DNA of 27,680 bases from Deltaproteobacteria bacterium (GCA_032128375.1 JAQBGU010000196.1:1-27680), one strand, 5' to 3'. Numbered from the stretch's first letter, positions 17,654 through 27,680 are shown. Notes: generated by a model from the sequence alone, not told the origin. A program made the numbers and translations.

Positions 17654-20600
17654 GCGAAACGAATCACAGCTTGCGGCACAAACCCGCCTCGAGGCAAGGC
17701 CTCTACGATCCCGCCAACGAGCACGACGCCTGTGGCGTTGGCTTCGTCGCCAACATCGCGGGCGTTCGCTCGCACGACGTGGTTCGCAAGGGCTTGCAGA
17801 TACTGCAAAATCTCGAACATCGCGGGGCATGCGGCTGCGATCCGGACTCCGGTGACGGCGCCGGCATGCTGATCCAGATCAGCGACGGATTCATGCGCCG
17901 CGAGGCGAGCGCGCTTGGCTTCGAGCTGCCGGAACCGGGCCGCTACGCGGTGGGTTCTGTCTTCTTGTCTCCGGACGCGACGTCGGCTGCGTGGCAGCAA
18001 ACAGCGATCGAACGTGTCGCGGCTGACGAGGGACAAACGGTTCTCGGTTGGCGAGACGTTCCGCACGACCCTGCCGCCATCGGTCCGGTTGCCCGAGCCG
18101 AGATCCCGACGATTCGACAGCTGTTCATCGCCGCGGGTACCGGTGCGCCTGACCAAGATGCCTTCGAGCGCAAGTTGTATCTGATTCGGCGTCGGGGGCA
18201 AAACGCGGTCGCGGACACCTGCGTGGACGACTTCTTTTACGTCCCCAGCCTGTCGAGCCGGACGCTCGCCTACGTCGGGCTGTTGATCCCCCACCAGATC
18301 CGTGACTTCTATCCCGACCTCACCGACGAAGCCATGGTTTCGGCCATGGCGTTGGTTCATTCGCGATACAGCACGAACACGATGCCGACCTGGTCGCTCG
18401 CGCAGCCGTTCCGGTATCTCGCGCACAACGGAGAGATCAACACGCTGCGCGGCAATCGCAACGCGATGTTCGCCCGCCAGGGAACGATGGCTTCGGATCT
18501 ATTCGGGGACGACCTAAAGAAGCTCTATCCGATCATGCGCGACGCCGCGAGCGACTCGGCGCTATGTGACAATGTGCTGGAGTTCCTGGCGCTGACCGGA
18601 CGAGAGCTGCCAGAGGCGATCTTGATGATGATCCCGGAGGCCTGGGAAAATCGCCCCGACATGGATCCGGATCTGCGCGCGTTCTACGAATACCACTCTT
18701 TCCTGATGGAGCCCTGGGACGGTCCCGCCTCGATCGCATTCACCGATGGGCGCGTGATCGGTGCAGTACTCGATCGAAATGGTCTGCGACCGTCGCGTTA
18801 TGTCGTCACCAAGGATGGCTTCGTCGTGATGGCGTCTGAGGTCGGCGTGCTCGACATCGCGCCATCGAACGTATTGATCAAGGGGCGGCTGCATCCGGGC
18901 AAGATCTTCATGGTGGATCTCGAAGCCGGGCGGATCGTCGACGACGCACAGATCAAGGCGCGCTACATCGCGCGTCACCCGTATCGCGACTGGGTCGAGC
19001 GCAACCGAATGCTGTTGTCGGAATGCCCCCCGGCCGAAGACACGGCCAGGGTCGAGAACCCGGAGCTGCTGCTACAGCTGCAACAGACTTTTGGGTATAC
19101 GAGCGAGGACCTGAAGCTCCTGATCGCACCGATGGCTGCGCAGGGAAAGTGGCCGATCGGATCGATGGGCGAGGACGCGGCTCTCGCATGCCTATCTGAC
19201 CGACCCCAGATGCTCTACCGCTACTTCAAGCAGCTGTTCGCACAGGTGACGAATCCGGCGATGGACTCGATCAACGAGCGACCGGTGATGGCGCTGTACT
19301 CGACGTTGGGCGCCGAGAAGAATATTCTGGCCGAGACCGAAGCGCATGCAGCGATGCTTCGAATCGAACACCCGGTCATCACCAACGAGCAGTTGGAGCA
19401 AATCCGGCGGATCGATTCGCCCGAGTTTCGCCATGTTACACTTCCGTGCCTATTCAAGGCCGGCGATGAGGGTGACGGCCTACGCGCCGCGATCGACGGC
19501 CTGTGTGCTCGAGCGGGGCAGGCAGTGCGCGATGGGATCAGCCTGCTGATCTTGTCCGATCGAGGCGTATCGCCCGAGCTTGCGCCGATCCCGATGTTGC
19601 TCGCGTCCGGTGCGGTCCACCACCACTTGTCTCGGTTGGCACTGCGCCTGAGCTGCGGAATCATCTGCGAAACTGGTGAAGCCCGCGAAGTCGCGCACAT
19701 GGCGCTGTTGATTGGCTATGGCGCTGGTGCGATCAATCCGTATCTCGCGTTCGACACCATCCGGCAACTCGTTGAAGAGCGGACCTTCGTCCCAGACGAA
19801 CTCGCTCCCGATGAAGCCATCGGAAACTACATCAAAGCCAATGACAAGGGGCTGCTCAAGACGTTCGCAAAGATGGGCATCTCGACTCTTCAGAGTTACC
19901 GAGGTGCGCAGATTTTCGAGGCGGTGGGACTCGATGACGAGGTCGTCGACCGATGCTTCAATGGGACCGCCTCGCGGATAAAAGGCGTGGGCTTTGGCGT
20001 GATCGCGCGCGAAGCTGCGATGCGCCACCGCCGCGCTTTCCCGGGCGACGACTACGCGTATCCCGAACTCGACCCGGGCGGCTTGTACCAGTGGCGCGCT
20101 CGAGGTGAGCGACACACGTTCAGTCCCGATGCGGTCTCGAAGCTGCAGATCGCCGTCGGTCGCGGGAGTTATTCCGACTATAAGGAATTCTCGAGGGCTG
20201 CGGACGGTGACACTGAGTCGCTGTGTACGCTGCGTGGGCTATTCCGCTTCAAGTTCGCTGCCGAACCCATTGCGCTCGACGATGTCGAGCCGGTCGAGCA
20301 GATCGTCAAGCGCTTTTGCACCGGAGCCATGTCCTACGGTTCGATTTCGATCGAGGCCCACGAGACGCTGGCGATCGCGATGAATCGTCTTGGCGGCAAG
20401 AGTAATACCGGAGAGGGCGGAGAAGACGCGGATCGCTTCACCGCAGACGAGAACGGCGATTCGCGGCGCAGCGCGATCAAGCAGGTCGCGTCGGGCCGTT
20501 TCGGCGTCACCAGTTGGTACCTGGTCAACTCTGACGAAATCCAGATCAAGGTCGCTCAGGGCGCCAAGCCGGGCGAAGGCGGCGAGTTGCCGGGTCACAA

Positions 20601-22197
20601 AGTCAGCGAATCGATCGCGAAGACACGCTATTCGACCCCCGGTGTCGGACTGATCTCGCCGCCCCCGCATCACGACATCTACTCGATCGAGGACTTGGCT
20701 CAGCTGATCTACGACCTGAAGAACGCCAACCGTCGCGCTCGCGTGTCGGTCAAGCTCGTGAGCGTATCCGGCGTAGGTACCATTGCCGCAGGAGTCGCGA
20801 AGGGCAAAGCGGACGGAGTACTGATCAGCGGCATGGATGGCGGGACGGGCGCGTCGCCGCAGGCGTCGATCAAGTACGCGGGCATACCGTGGGAGATCGG
20901 GCTCGCAGAGACCCAGCAAACGCTCGTGATCAACGACTTGCGCAGCCGGATTCGGGTACAGGCCGATGGTGGCTTGAAGACGGGGCGCGACGTGGCGATC
21001 GCCGCGTTGCTCGGGGCCGACGAGTTCGGTTTCGCTACCGCGCCGTTGGTCGCGATGGGCTGCATCTTGATGCGCGTATGTCACCTCAATACCTGCCCGG
21101 TCGGCATCGCGACCCAGGATCCGGTGCTGCGCGAGCGCTTTGCAGGGACCCCGGAATCGGTCGTTCAATACCTGTTGTTCGTGGCCGAGGAACTCCGCGA
21201 ATACATGGCGAAGCTGGGGTTTCGAACGCTCGACGAGATGGTCGGGCAGGTCGATCGACTCGAGGCCGACGCAGCCGTGCAGCACTGGAAGGCTTCCGGC
21301 GTGGATTTGTCGGCCATCCTCCACAAGCCGGACGTGCCCCACGCGATCTACCACTGCGAAACGCAGACGCTCGAAGCGGAGCTCGAGAGCGTGCTCGACA
21401 TGAAATTGCTCGATATCGCCGCGCCGGCGCTCGAGCGCGGTGAGCGTGTCGAGGCCTCGATGCCGATCCACAACACAGACCGGGCCGTCGGCGCGATCTT
21501 GAGTTCCGAGGTTTCGCGGCGATACGGTGCGGCCGGGCTGCCTGACGACACGATTTCGCTGAACTTCCAGGGCAGCGCGGGACAAAGCCTCGGCGCGTTC
21601 TGTACCAAGGGGTTGACCCTCGTCATCGAAGGTGACACGAACGACTACTGCGGTAAGGGCCTGTGTGGCGCGCGCATCGTCGTGCGTGTGCCAGAAGGCA
21701 GCAGCTTCGATCCTTCGAGCAACATCATCACCGGCAACGTGGTGCTCTACGGAGCCACCAGCGGTGAGGCGTACTTCAACGGCGTAGCGGGCGAGCGTTT
21801 CTGCGTCAGAAACAGTGGCGCCAGCGCCGTTGTGGAGGGTGTGGGCGACCACGGACTCGAGTACATGACAGGTGGGTGCGCGGTGATTCTCGGGCCCACC
21901 GGCCGCAACTTTGGCGCCGGAATGAGCGGCGGTATCGGCTACGTGCTCGACGACGATGGCGATTTCGCGAGCCGGATCAACCCCGGGACGGTCGACGTCG
22001 ATGATCCCCTCGATGCACAGGATTTCGAAACGATCCAGCGCTTGATTCGGCGTCACTTCAAGTACACGAGAAGCCAGAGGGCCGACGACGTGTTGCGCAA
22101 GTGGGGTTCCTTCGCGCCCAAGTTCGTCAAAGTGTTTCCCAAGGATTACAAGCGCGCGCTTTCCGATCGCTTGGAAGCGGAGAGCGGTAATGGCTGA
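17650..22197 (+). CDS. gltB: Glutamate synthase large subunit
   Basis: [15 protein letters not shown] (Ntn Cys), [62 protein letters not shown] [3Fe-4S] motif, GXGXG domain. The ATG at 17650 overlaps the lrp stop; the ORF-track start at 17185 is too long. Confidence 0.97.
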   Translation: MSETNHSLRHKPASRQGLYDPANEHDACGVGFVANIAGVRSHDVVRKGLQILQNLEHRGACGCDPDSGDGAGMLIQISDGFMRREASALGFELPEPGRYAVGSVFLSPDATSAAWQQTAIERVAADEGQTVLGWRDVPHDPAAIGPVARAEIPTIRQLFIAAGTGAPDQDAFERKLYLIRRRGQNAVADTCVDDFFYVPSLSSRTLAYVGLLIPHQIRDFYPDLTDEAMVSAMALVHSRYSTNTMPTWSLAQPFRYLAHNGEINTLRGNRNAMFARQGTMASDLFGDDLKKLYPIMRDAASDSALCDNVLEFLALTGRELPEAILMMIPEAWENRPDMDPDLRAFYEYHSFLMEPWDGPASIAFTDGRVIGAVLDRNGLRPSRYVVTKDGFVVMASEVGVLDIAPSNVLIKGRLHPGKIFMVDLEAGRIVDDAQIKARYIARHPYRDWVERNRMLLSECPPAEDTARVENPELLLQLQQTFGYTSEDLKLLIAPMAAQGKWPIGSMGEDAALACLSDRPQMLYRYFKQLFAQVTNPAMDSINERPVMALYSTLGAEKNILAETEAHAAMLRIEHPVITNEQLEQIRRIDSPEFRHVTLPCLFKAGDEGDGLRAAIDGLCARAGQAVRDGISLLILSDRGVSPELAPIPMLLASGAVHHHLSRLALRLSCGIICETGEAREVAHMALLIGYGAGAINPYLAFDTIRQLVEERTFVPDELAPDEAIGNYIKANDKGLLKTFAKMGISTLQSYRGAQIFEAVGLDDEVVDRCFNGTASRIKGVGFGVIAREAAMRHRRAFPGDDYAYPELDPGGLYQWRARGERHTFSPDAVSKLQIAVGRGSYSDYKEFSRAADGDTESLCTLRGLFRFKFAAEPIALDDVEPVEQIVKRFCTGAMSYGSISIEAHETLAIAMNRLGGKSNTGEGGEDADRFTADENGDSRRSAIKQVASGRFGVTSWYLVNSDEIQIKVAQGAKPGEGGELPGHKVSESIAKTRYSTPGVGLISPPPHHDIYSIEDLAQLIYDLKNANRRARVSVKLVSVSGVGTIAAGVAKGKADGVLISGMDGGTGASPQASIKYAGIPWEIGLAETQQTLVINDLRSRIRVQADGGLKTGRDVAIAALLGADEFGFATAPLVAMGCILMRVCHLNTCPVGIATQDPVLRERFAGTPESVVQYLLFVAEELREYMAKLGFRTLDEMVGQVDRLEADAAVQHWKASGVDLSAILHKPDVPHAIYHCETQTLEAELESVLDMKLLDIAAPALERGERVEASMPIHNTDRAVGAILSSEVSRRYGAAGLPDDTISLNFQGSAGQSLGAFCTKGLTLVIEGDTNDYCGKGLCGARIVVRVPEGSSFDPSSNIITGNVVLYGATSGEAYFNGVAGERFCVRNSGASAVVEGVGDHGLEYMTGGCAVILGPTGRNFGAGMSGGIGYVLDDDGDFASRINPGTVDVDDPLDAQDFETIQRLIRRHFKYTRSQRADDVLRKWGSFAPKFVKVFPKDYKRALSDRLEAESGNG

Positions 22198-23659
22198 TCC
22201 GCGAGGTTTCTTGAATCACGGTCGCGAGACGGCCGCGTATCGCGACCGCGAAGAGCGACTGAACGATTACCTGGAGGTCCAGCGCGAGTTTTCGCACGAA
22301 CAGACTGTCATTCAGGCGTCGCGCTGCATGGATTGTGGCATTCCGTTTTGCATCGACGGCTGCCCGCTCGGGAACATCATTCCCGACTTCAACGATCTGG
22401 TTTATCGCGGGAAATGGGAGGACGCTCTCGCGCGCCTGCATTCGACCAACAACTTTCCGGAGTTCACCGGGATGGTGTGCCCGGCTCCGTGCGAAAAGGC
22501 CTGTACGCTCGGCATCAACCAGGACCCGGTTTCGATCAAGCAGGTCGAGTTCGAACTGGTGCGGCGTGGCTGGGAGGAGGGCTGGATCGTCCCGGTGCGG
22601 CCGCGACGCAGATCCGGGCGCTCCGTTGCAGTCGTTGGGTCAGGCCCGGCCGGTCTGTCGGCCGCTCAGCAGCTGAGTCGAGCGGGCCACAGCGTGACGG
22701 TATTCGAGCAGGCGGATCGCATCGGGGGTCTGCTGCGCTACGGAATCCCGGACTTCAAGCTGGAGAAAAACGCGATCGACCGCCGCGTAGACCAGATGCA
22801 GCACGAGGGCGTTTCGTTTCAGACCGGCGTCCGCGTTGGTGTCGAGCTGTCGTCGATTGAATTGCGGCAGAGCTTCGACGCAGTCGTGCTGTGCATGGGC
22901 GCTGAGGCACCGCGCGCGCTGGAAGTCCCGGGCCGGGATCTCGGCGGGATCCACTACGCGATGGAGTTCCTTCCCCAGCAAAACCGCCGAGTCGCAGGCG
23001 ACTTACTCGACCCTTCGGCTGACATCCTGGCGAACGGCCGACATGTGATCGTGATCGGTGGCGGCGACACAGGCTCTGACTGCGTCGGAACCTCGCACCG
23101 GCAAGGTGCGAAGTCGGTCACATCGCTCGAGGTGCTGCCGCAGGGCCCGGAAAGCCGACACGGTTCCGAACCTTGGCCGCTATACCCGCGAATGTCCTAC
23201 ATCGTTTCGAGTTCGCACGCTGAAGGTGGCGCGCGTCGCTACGCCGTGATGACCATCCGCTTCGAAGGCGAAAATGGTCGTGTGAAAGCACTGCACGGTA
23301 TCGAAGTCGAGTTCGATCGCGATGAACTCGATCGCGCGATCTTTCCCAGCGCGCGGGCAGTCGAGGGCACAGAGTTTGTACTTCCCGCGGATCTGGTGCT
23401 GCTTGCGATGGGCTTCGCCCATCCGATTCACGATGGCCTGATCGAATCGCTCGGCGTGGAGCTCGATCCGCGTGGAAACGTTTTGGCCGACACTCGGCGA
23501 TTCGAAACGTCCGAGCCCGGTGTGTTTGCCGCGGGCGACGTTCGGCGCGGCCAGTCGCTGGTCGTATGGGCGCAGTGGGAAGGTCGTGAAGTCGCGCGCT
23601 CTATTGACGCCTATCTGACAGGCGAGTCGCGGCTGCAATCGCGCAACGCGTTCGTCTGA
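22190..23659 (+). CDS. gltD: Glutamate synthase small subunit
   Basis: [71 protein letters not shown]. 8-nt overlap with gltB. Confidence 0.97.
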   Translation: MADPRGFLNHGRETAAYRDREERLNDYLEVQREFSHEQTVIQASRCMDCGIPFCIDGCPLGNIIPDFNDLVYRGKWEDALARLHSTNNFPEFTGMVCPAPCEKACTLGINQDPVSIKQVEFELVRRGWEEGWIVPVRPRRRSGRSVAVVGSGPAGLSAAQQLSRAGHSVTVFEQADRIGGLLRYGIPDFKLEKNAIDRRVDQMQHEGVSFQTGVRVGVELSSIELRQSFDAVVLCMGAEAPRALEVPGRDLGGIHYAMEFLPQQNRRVAGDLLDPSADILANGRHVIVIGGGDTGSDCVGTSHRQGAKSVTSLEVLPQGPESRHGSEPWPLYPRMSYIVSSSHAEGGARRYAVMTIRFEGENGRVKALHGIEVEFDRDELDRAIFPSARAVEGTEFVLPADLVLLAMGFAHPIHDGLIESLGVELDPRGNVLADTRRFETSEPGVFAAGDVRRGQSLVVWAQWEGREVARSIDAYLTGESRLQSRNAFV

Positions 23660-23732
23660 TCACAACGCGGTTTGATTCCGTCACTTTATTCTCGGCTCCT
23701 TCGCGGTCGGTCACTTTGTCGGCGCAAATCGC

Positions 23733-23762
23733 TTGACTCCTTCCAGAATTCCCCGGTACGCT
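23733..23762 (+). promoter_or_regulatory. Likely sigma70 promoter for the zapB-like/zapA operon
   Basis: TTGACT (23733-38), 18-nt spacer, TACGCT (23757-62). Confidence 0.5.
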
Positions 23763-23787
23763 CGACTTCGAAGACGGGGGGTCTTTC

Positions 23788-24150
23788 ATTCCCAACACAG
23801 CCTCTAAAACGCGGGCGACCGCATCGGCGAAACCCGGGACGCCCGAGCATTCGGGACGACCGCCGACGCAAGATTGCGGCGATGATTTTGCGCGATTGGA
23901 GTCTGCTGTCGCCGCATTGGCCGAGTCGCACCGTCATCTCCAAGCCGAGAACGCCAAGATTCGACGCGAACTTGGCGAAGCCGCCCGACGTGTTCGATCT
24001 CTAGACGGACAGCTGATTGCTGCCAACCAACGTCGCCAGGACGCTTCCAAGCGCATCGATGAGCTGATCGCGCATCTCGATCAGCTCGACTCGCAACTGG
24101 ATCAAGAACTGCAAGAACGCGCTACACCGGGCGCGCCCGAGGACGAATAG
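23788..24150 (+). CDS. ZapB-like coiled-coil cell-division protein (start uncertain: ATT 23788 or TTG 23896)
   Basis: DFARLESAVAALAESHRHLQAENAKIRREL...RIDELIAHLDQL heptad pattern. Immediately upstream of zapA with a 1-nt stop/start overlap. Confidence 0.7.
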   Translation: MPNTASKTRATASAKPGTPEHSGRPPTQDCGDDFARLESAVAALAESHRHLQAENAKIRRELGEAARRVRSLDGQLIAANQRRQDASKRIDELIAHLDQLDSQLDQELQERATPGAPEDE

Positions 24151-24464
24151 TGGCCGCGTCCCAAGCCGTGACGATCCAAATACGCGGCCAAGAGTTTCGC
24201 ATTCGCACCGATGGCGAACCCGACTCTTTGCAACGCGTCGCCAGATATCTGAACGAGACGATGACATTAGTCGAACAGAAGACCGGCACCGTCGACTCGC
24301 TGGACTTGGCACTGCTTTCTGCACTGAACCTCGCTCGGGAACTGGTCGATCTCAGGGAGGGTCGGATCCCCGATTGGGGGACGCCTGGCGTCGACCCCGA
24401 TCGTCTCGAGAACCTGATCGAATTGGCGGAATCCGCGTTGGAGAGCCCTTTGATCCCGTCCTGA
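24150..24464 (+). CDS. zapA: Cell division protein ZapA
   Basis: VTIQIRGQEFRIR...LQRVARYLNETM...LALLSALNLAREL is the ZapA pattern; GAGG SD upstream. Confidence 0.9.
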   Translation: MAASQAVTIQIRGQEFRIRTDGEPDSLQRVARYLNETMTLVEQKTGTVDSLDLALLSALNLARELVDLREGRIPDWGTPGVDPDRLENLIELAESALESPLIPS

Positions 24465-24577
24465 GTCAAACCGATGTCGATGCATCAGGCTTCCGCGTCG
24501 AAGAAATCTGCCAAGCGCAAGGGCGCGCAGAATCGAGCGCCCCGAACGCGACCCGATCCCAAACATGGAGTACCGTC

Positions 24578-24919
24578 GTGCCCAAGATCATCATTGCTGG
24601 TTGGGTCGAAATTCCGGCGGAGAAGCGGGCAGAAGCTCTCGATCTGGCCAAGGATCTCTTCGAACCCACTCGAGCCCAGGACGGCTGCATCGACTACGCG
24701 TGGACCGCCGACCCGCACAATCCCAAGCGCGTCTATGTCTACGAGTGCTGGGAGAATCCGGCGGGTCTCGAAAGACACTTGAAGGGCCCCTGGTATCGCA
24801 AGATGTTCGAGACCATGAACAGTTTCGGACTGACAGGTGTGGATATCTCTAAATTTGAGATCTCCCGACAAGGCGGGGTCTATGGGCCCGAGGGGCCCAC
24901 AGCCGTTTTCTTCGATTGA
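24578..24919 (+). CDS. Antibiotic biosynthesis monooxygenase (ABM)/putative quinol monooxygenase-fold protein
   Basis: IIIAGWVEI...TRAQDGCIDY...VYECWEN..LERHL. GGAG SD 7 nt before the GTG at 24578; 113 aa. Confidence 0.85.
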   Translation: MPKIIIAGWVEIPAEKRAEALDLAKDLFEPTRAQDGCIDYAWTADPHNPKRVYVYECWENPAGLERHLKGPWYRKMFETMNSFGLTGVDISKFEISRQGGVYGPEGPTAVFFD

Positions 24920-24929
24920 CCCTCCCGTT

Positions 24930-25523
24930 GTGACCCGTGCGGGGAAGGATCTGGACGCGGCGAAGCGGCGTTTGCGCGACGAAATGTGCAGTCGACGCCG
25001 TTCGGTGCAGCCGAACGACGCTTTGCGCGCGGCTGAGCTTGCAGTCGGGGCGTTGCTGGACCTCGAGAGCGTAAAGCGCGCGGGTCGGATCGGCGTGTAC
25101 GCCGCGCTGCACGACGAAATGCCGACGCGTGTCTTGTTCGATGCAGTCGTCGCGCTCGGCGCGGTCGCGCTGTTTCCTCGCACGCAGGCCAATCGTCCAC
25201 TCGATTTCTGCGTCGTCGAACACTGGCAGGAACTGTCGTGGGGTTCGTACGGCATTCTCGAGCCTGCGCGCTCCAAGCGGGCAGAGGACTTCGATTCCGA
25301 TGATCTGGTGATTGTTCCTGGTGTTGCTTTCGATGCGTCCGGCAACCGGCTCGGGCGCGGCAAGGGGTACTACGACCGGACATTTCCGCCGGAATCTGCG
25401 ACATCGCCGATCTTGATCGGCTATGGATACGAATTCCAGGTAGTCGAGCGTGTGCCGCACGGTGAACGCGACCGCCGACTGAACGCGATCGTGACCGAGC
25501 ATGCGGTGCGACACTGCCAATAA
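24930..25523 (+). CDS. fau: 5-formyltetrahydrofolate cyclo-ligase (YgfA/Fau)
   Basis: KRRLR N-terminus, IGVYAALHDE, YGILEP, DLVIVPGVAFD..GNRLGRGKGYYDR, VPHGERDRRLNAIVTE. Start approximate. Confidence 0.93.
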   Translation: MTRAGKDLDAAKRRLRDEMCSRRRSVQPNDALRAAELAVGALLDLESVKRAGRIGVYAALHDEMPTRVLFDAVVALGAVALFPRTQANRPLDFCVVEHWQELSWGSYGILEPARSKRAEDFDSDDLVIVPGVAFDASGNRLGRGKGYYDRTFPPESATSPILIGYGYEFQVVERVPHGERDRRLNAIVTEHAVRHCQ

Positions 25524-25660
25524 TCGGCAAGACGGCCAGCATGATTCTGACTATTATTTCCAACAGGACTCGCGGCACAGCCTTTCGTGCTGCTGTCAGT
25601 ATTGCTCGGGGCAGAGTTCTCGGTACTACTCTCGGGATGACCATCGCCACACTGCGTAGA
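25517..25660 (+). repeat. Decayed 12-nt periodic array filling the fau-tyrS spacer
   Basis: ccaataatcggc aagacggccagc atgattctgact attatttccaac aggactcgcggc acagcctttcgt gctgctgtcagt attgctcggggc agagttctcggt actactctcggg atgaccatcgcc acactgcgtaga. Unit position 1 is A in 10 of 12 units; loose consensus ANNRYTNTCRGN. Confidence 0.55.
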
Positions 25661-25677
25661 GGCGAGAACCCGATTCG

Positions 25678-26916
25678 ATGACGGATGTGAAGATCGAGAA
25701 TGAAGCGGACCGCCAGCTGGATATCATGGCCGCCGGCTGCGTCGACTTCATCGGTCGCGAGCAGCTGCGCGAGCGGCTCGTCGGCGCGCTGAGACAGAAT
25801 CGGCCGCTGCGTTTCAAACTCGGCATGGATCCGTCGTCGCCGGATCTGCATCTGGGGCACACCGTCGTTTTGAACAAACTCCAGCGAATCCAGGAGCTCG
25901 GTCACACGCCGATCTTCTTGATTGGCGACTTCACGGCGCGGATCGGCGACCCGTCAGGAAAAAACAAGACTCGCCCGGCGCTCGACGCTGACGAAGTCGC
26001 TAAGAACGCCACCACGTATACCGAGCAGGTGAGCCGAATCCTCGATATCGATCGGGCCGAGATCCGCTTCAATAGCGAATGGATGGAAGGGCTTTCTTCG
26101 TCGGACTTCGTGCGATTGTGTTCGCGCTACACCGTAGCTCGGCTGCTCGAGCGAGAGGACTTTTCGAAGCGTTATGAGGGCGGCACTCCGATCGCGGTAC
26201 ACGAATTTCTGTACCCTTTCGTACAGGCTTACGACTCGGTTGCGCTGCTTGCGGATGTGGAAATCGGGGGGACCGACCAGACGTTCAATCTGCTGATGGG
26301 ACGAGAGATCCAGCGCGACTACGGTCAGCCGGCCCAGGCGGTGATGACACACCCGCTGCTGGTGGGTACCGACGGTGTGAAGATGTCCAAGAGTCTCGGC
26401 AACGGGATCGGAATCACCGAGGTCCCAGACGAGATGTTCGGCAAGGCGATGCGGATTTCCGATTCCCAGATGCTCGAGTATTTCGACTTGCTCGACGACG
26501 ACCGCTGGCCCGAACTACGCGAGCAGCGGCCGAGCTTCGAGAACGGCGATGGGGATCCGATGATCTTCAAACTCGCTCTGGCGCGAGCGATCGTCGAACG
26601 ATTCCATGGCCCGGAGGCCGGGGAGGCTGCCGCCAGCCATTTTAGAAGCGTGATTCAACGCAAACAGGCCCCGCCCGATCTCGATGAGGTGTTCTGCTCC
26701 ACCGGTAAAGAGGGGGATATCGGCCTGCTTGCACTCCTCGAACGGCTCAGCCTGGTGCCCTCGCGAAGTGAGGCCCGTCGGTTGGTCGGGCAAAAGGCCG
26801 TTCGGGTCGATGACAACGTCGTTCAAGACCCGAAAATGCGCCTGAATCCGGGTTCCTACCTACTCAAGGTCGGCAAGAGGCGATTTGCTCGGGTTCGAAT
26901 CACCAACGGGGGATGA
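25678..26916 (+). CDS. tyrS: Tyrosine--tRNA ligase
   Basis: KLGMDPSSPDLHLGH (HIGH), IGDFTARIGDPSG, YPFVQAYDS, GGTDQTFN, KMSKS, C-terminal S4 domain ending KVGKRRF. Confidence 0.97.
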   Translation: MTDVKIENEADRQLDIMAAGCVDFIGREQLRERLVGALRQNRPLRFKLGMDPSSPDLHLGHTVVLNKLQRIQELGHTPIFLIGDFTARIGDPSGKNKTRPALDADEVAKNATTYTEQVSRILDIDRAEIRFNSEWMEGLSSSDFVRLCSRYTVARLLEREDFSKRYEGGTPIAVHEFLYPFVQAYDSVALLADVEIGGTDQTFNLLMGREIQRDYGQPAQAVMTHPLLVGTDGVKMSKSLGNGIGITEVPDEMFGKAMRISDSQMLEYFDLLDDDRWPELREQRPSFENGDGDPMIFKLALARAIVERFHGPEAGEAAASHFRSVIQRKQAPPDLDEVFCSTGKEGDIGLLALLERLSLVPSRSEARRLVGQKAVRVDDNVVQDPKMRLNPGSYLLKVGKRRFARVRITNGG

Positions 26917-26976
26917 CCCACTCCGGTTGGGGTCCAAGAAAAGCCCGTTTCCGTCGACAATCGGCGAGCCAGGCCC

Positions 26977-27012
26977 TTGACCAGAGGGGGTGGTCGGCTA
27001 AATTCCGCGTCC
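26977..27012 (+). promoter_or_regulatory. rRNA operon promoter
   Basis: TTGACC, 16-nt spacer, TAAATT, then a GC-rich discriminator CCGCGTCC; typical rrn promoter geometry. Confidence 0.7.
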
Positions 27013-27100
27013 GGTTCATGTGGGCGTCTCGGGATCGTTGCGAACTCGAGGTGCCCGTTTTGTCTGAGCAGCCCGATACAGGCTGCGTCAGACTTCTAGC

Positions 27101-27120
27101 GGTCTTTGAAAACTGAATAG
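27101..27120 (+). promoter_or_regulatory. rRNA leader boxA-like/processing-stem motif
   Basis: GGTCTTTGAAAACTGAATAG, followed by leader hairpins (tcgggtt-ggga-aacccga; tcagatg-gaaaca-catctga). Confidence 0.7.
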
Positions 27121-27283
27121 CGTGCGGTCCGTCGGGTTGGGAAACCCGATCGGATAGATAGAACATGCATTTTCCCATCAATTGCGATGCGAGAGTGGCT
27201 GTAGATCCCGGTCTTGATCGCGGTCAACAGGCATTCGCGCGTCGCTTCCGAATATCAGATGGAAACACATCTGAAGAAGGTTC

Positions 27284-27680
<397 letters not shown>

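Noticed and set aside
20239..22056. 605-aa antisense ORF inside gltB, and similar long antisense ORFs in smc, glpK and the ABC genes
   Set aside because: Expected stop-poor reverse frames of high-GC coding sequence; no recognisable motifs.
24374..24577. N-terminal extension of the ABM ORF overlapping zapA
   Set aside because: The strong GGAG SD and the domain boundary support GTG 24578.
25524..25677. T-box riboswitch upstream of tyrS
   Set aside because: No AAnnnGGGTGGnACC-like T-box motif, no terminator, and the spacer is short for a full T-box leader.

Overview
GC-rich bacterial chromosomal window (roughly 60-65% GC by eye) made up almost entirely of core genes. The partial 16S and the gene order look deltaproteobacterial/Myxococcota-like (inference). 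Minus strand: MsbA-like ABC exporter, a divergent FAD-oxidoreductase-fold protein, purM. Plus strand: GT2 glycosyltransferase coupled to a heterodimeric MdlAB-type ABC exporter, smc, ftsY, frameshifted glpK, a glycerophosphodiester phosphodiesterase, lrp-gltB-gltD, ZapB-like, zapA, an ABM-fold protein, 5-formyl-THF cyclo-ligase, tyrS, and an rRNA promoter/leader with the 5' end of 16S rRNA. I found no mobile element, CRISPR array or tRNA. Most notable unexplained signals: (i) a Tyr-rich 52-codon uORF with a candidate anti-RBS directly upstream of tyrS (possible translational attenuator), lying on a decayed 12-nt array; (ii) a 2-nt loss in a GC dinucleotide run that breaks glpK; (iii) a probable ATT start behind a hairpin for the ZapB-like gene; (iv) no room for 6S RNA at its usual zapA-fau position; (v) recurrent 12-nt tandem duplications, including inside the Smc hinge. 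All were read by eye and are hypotheses.
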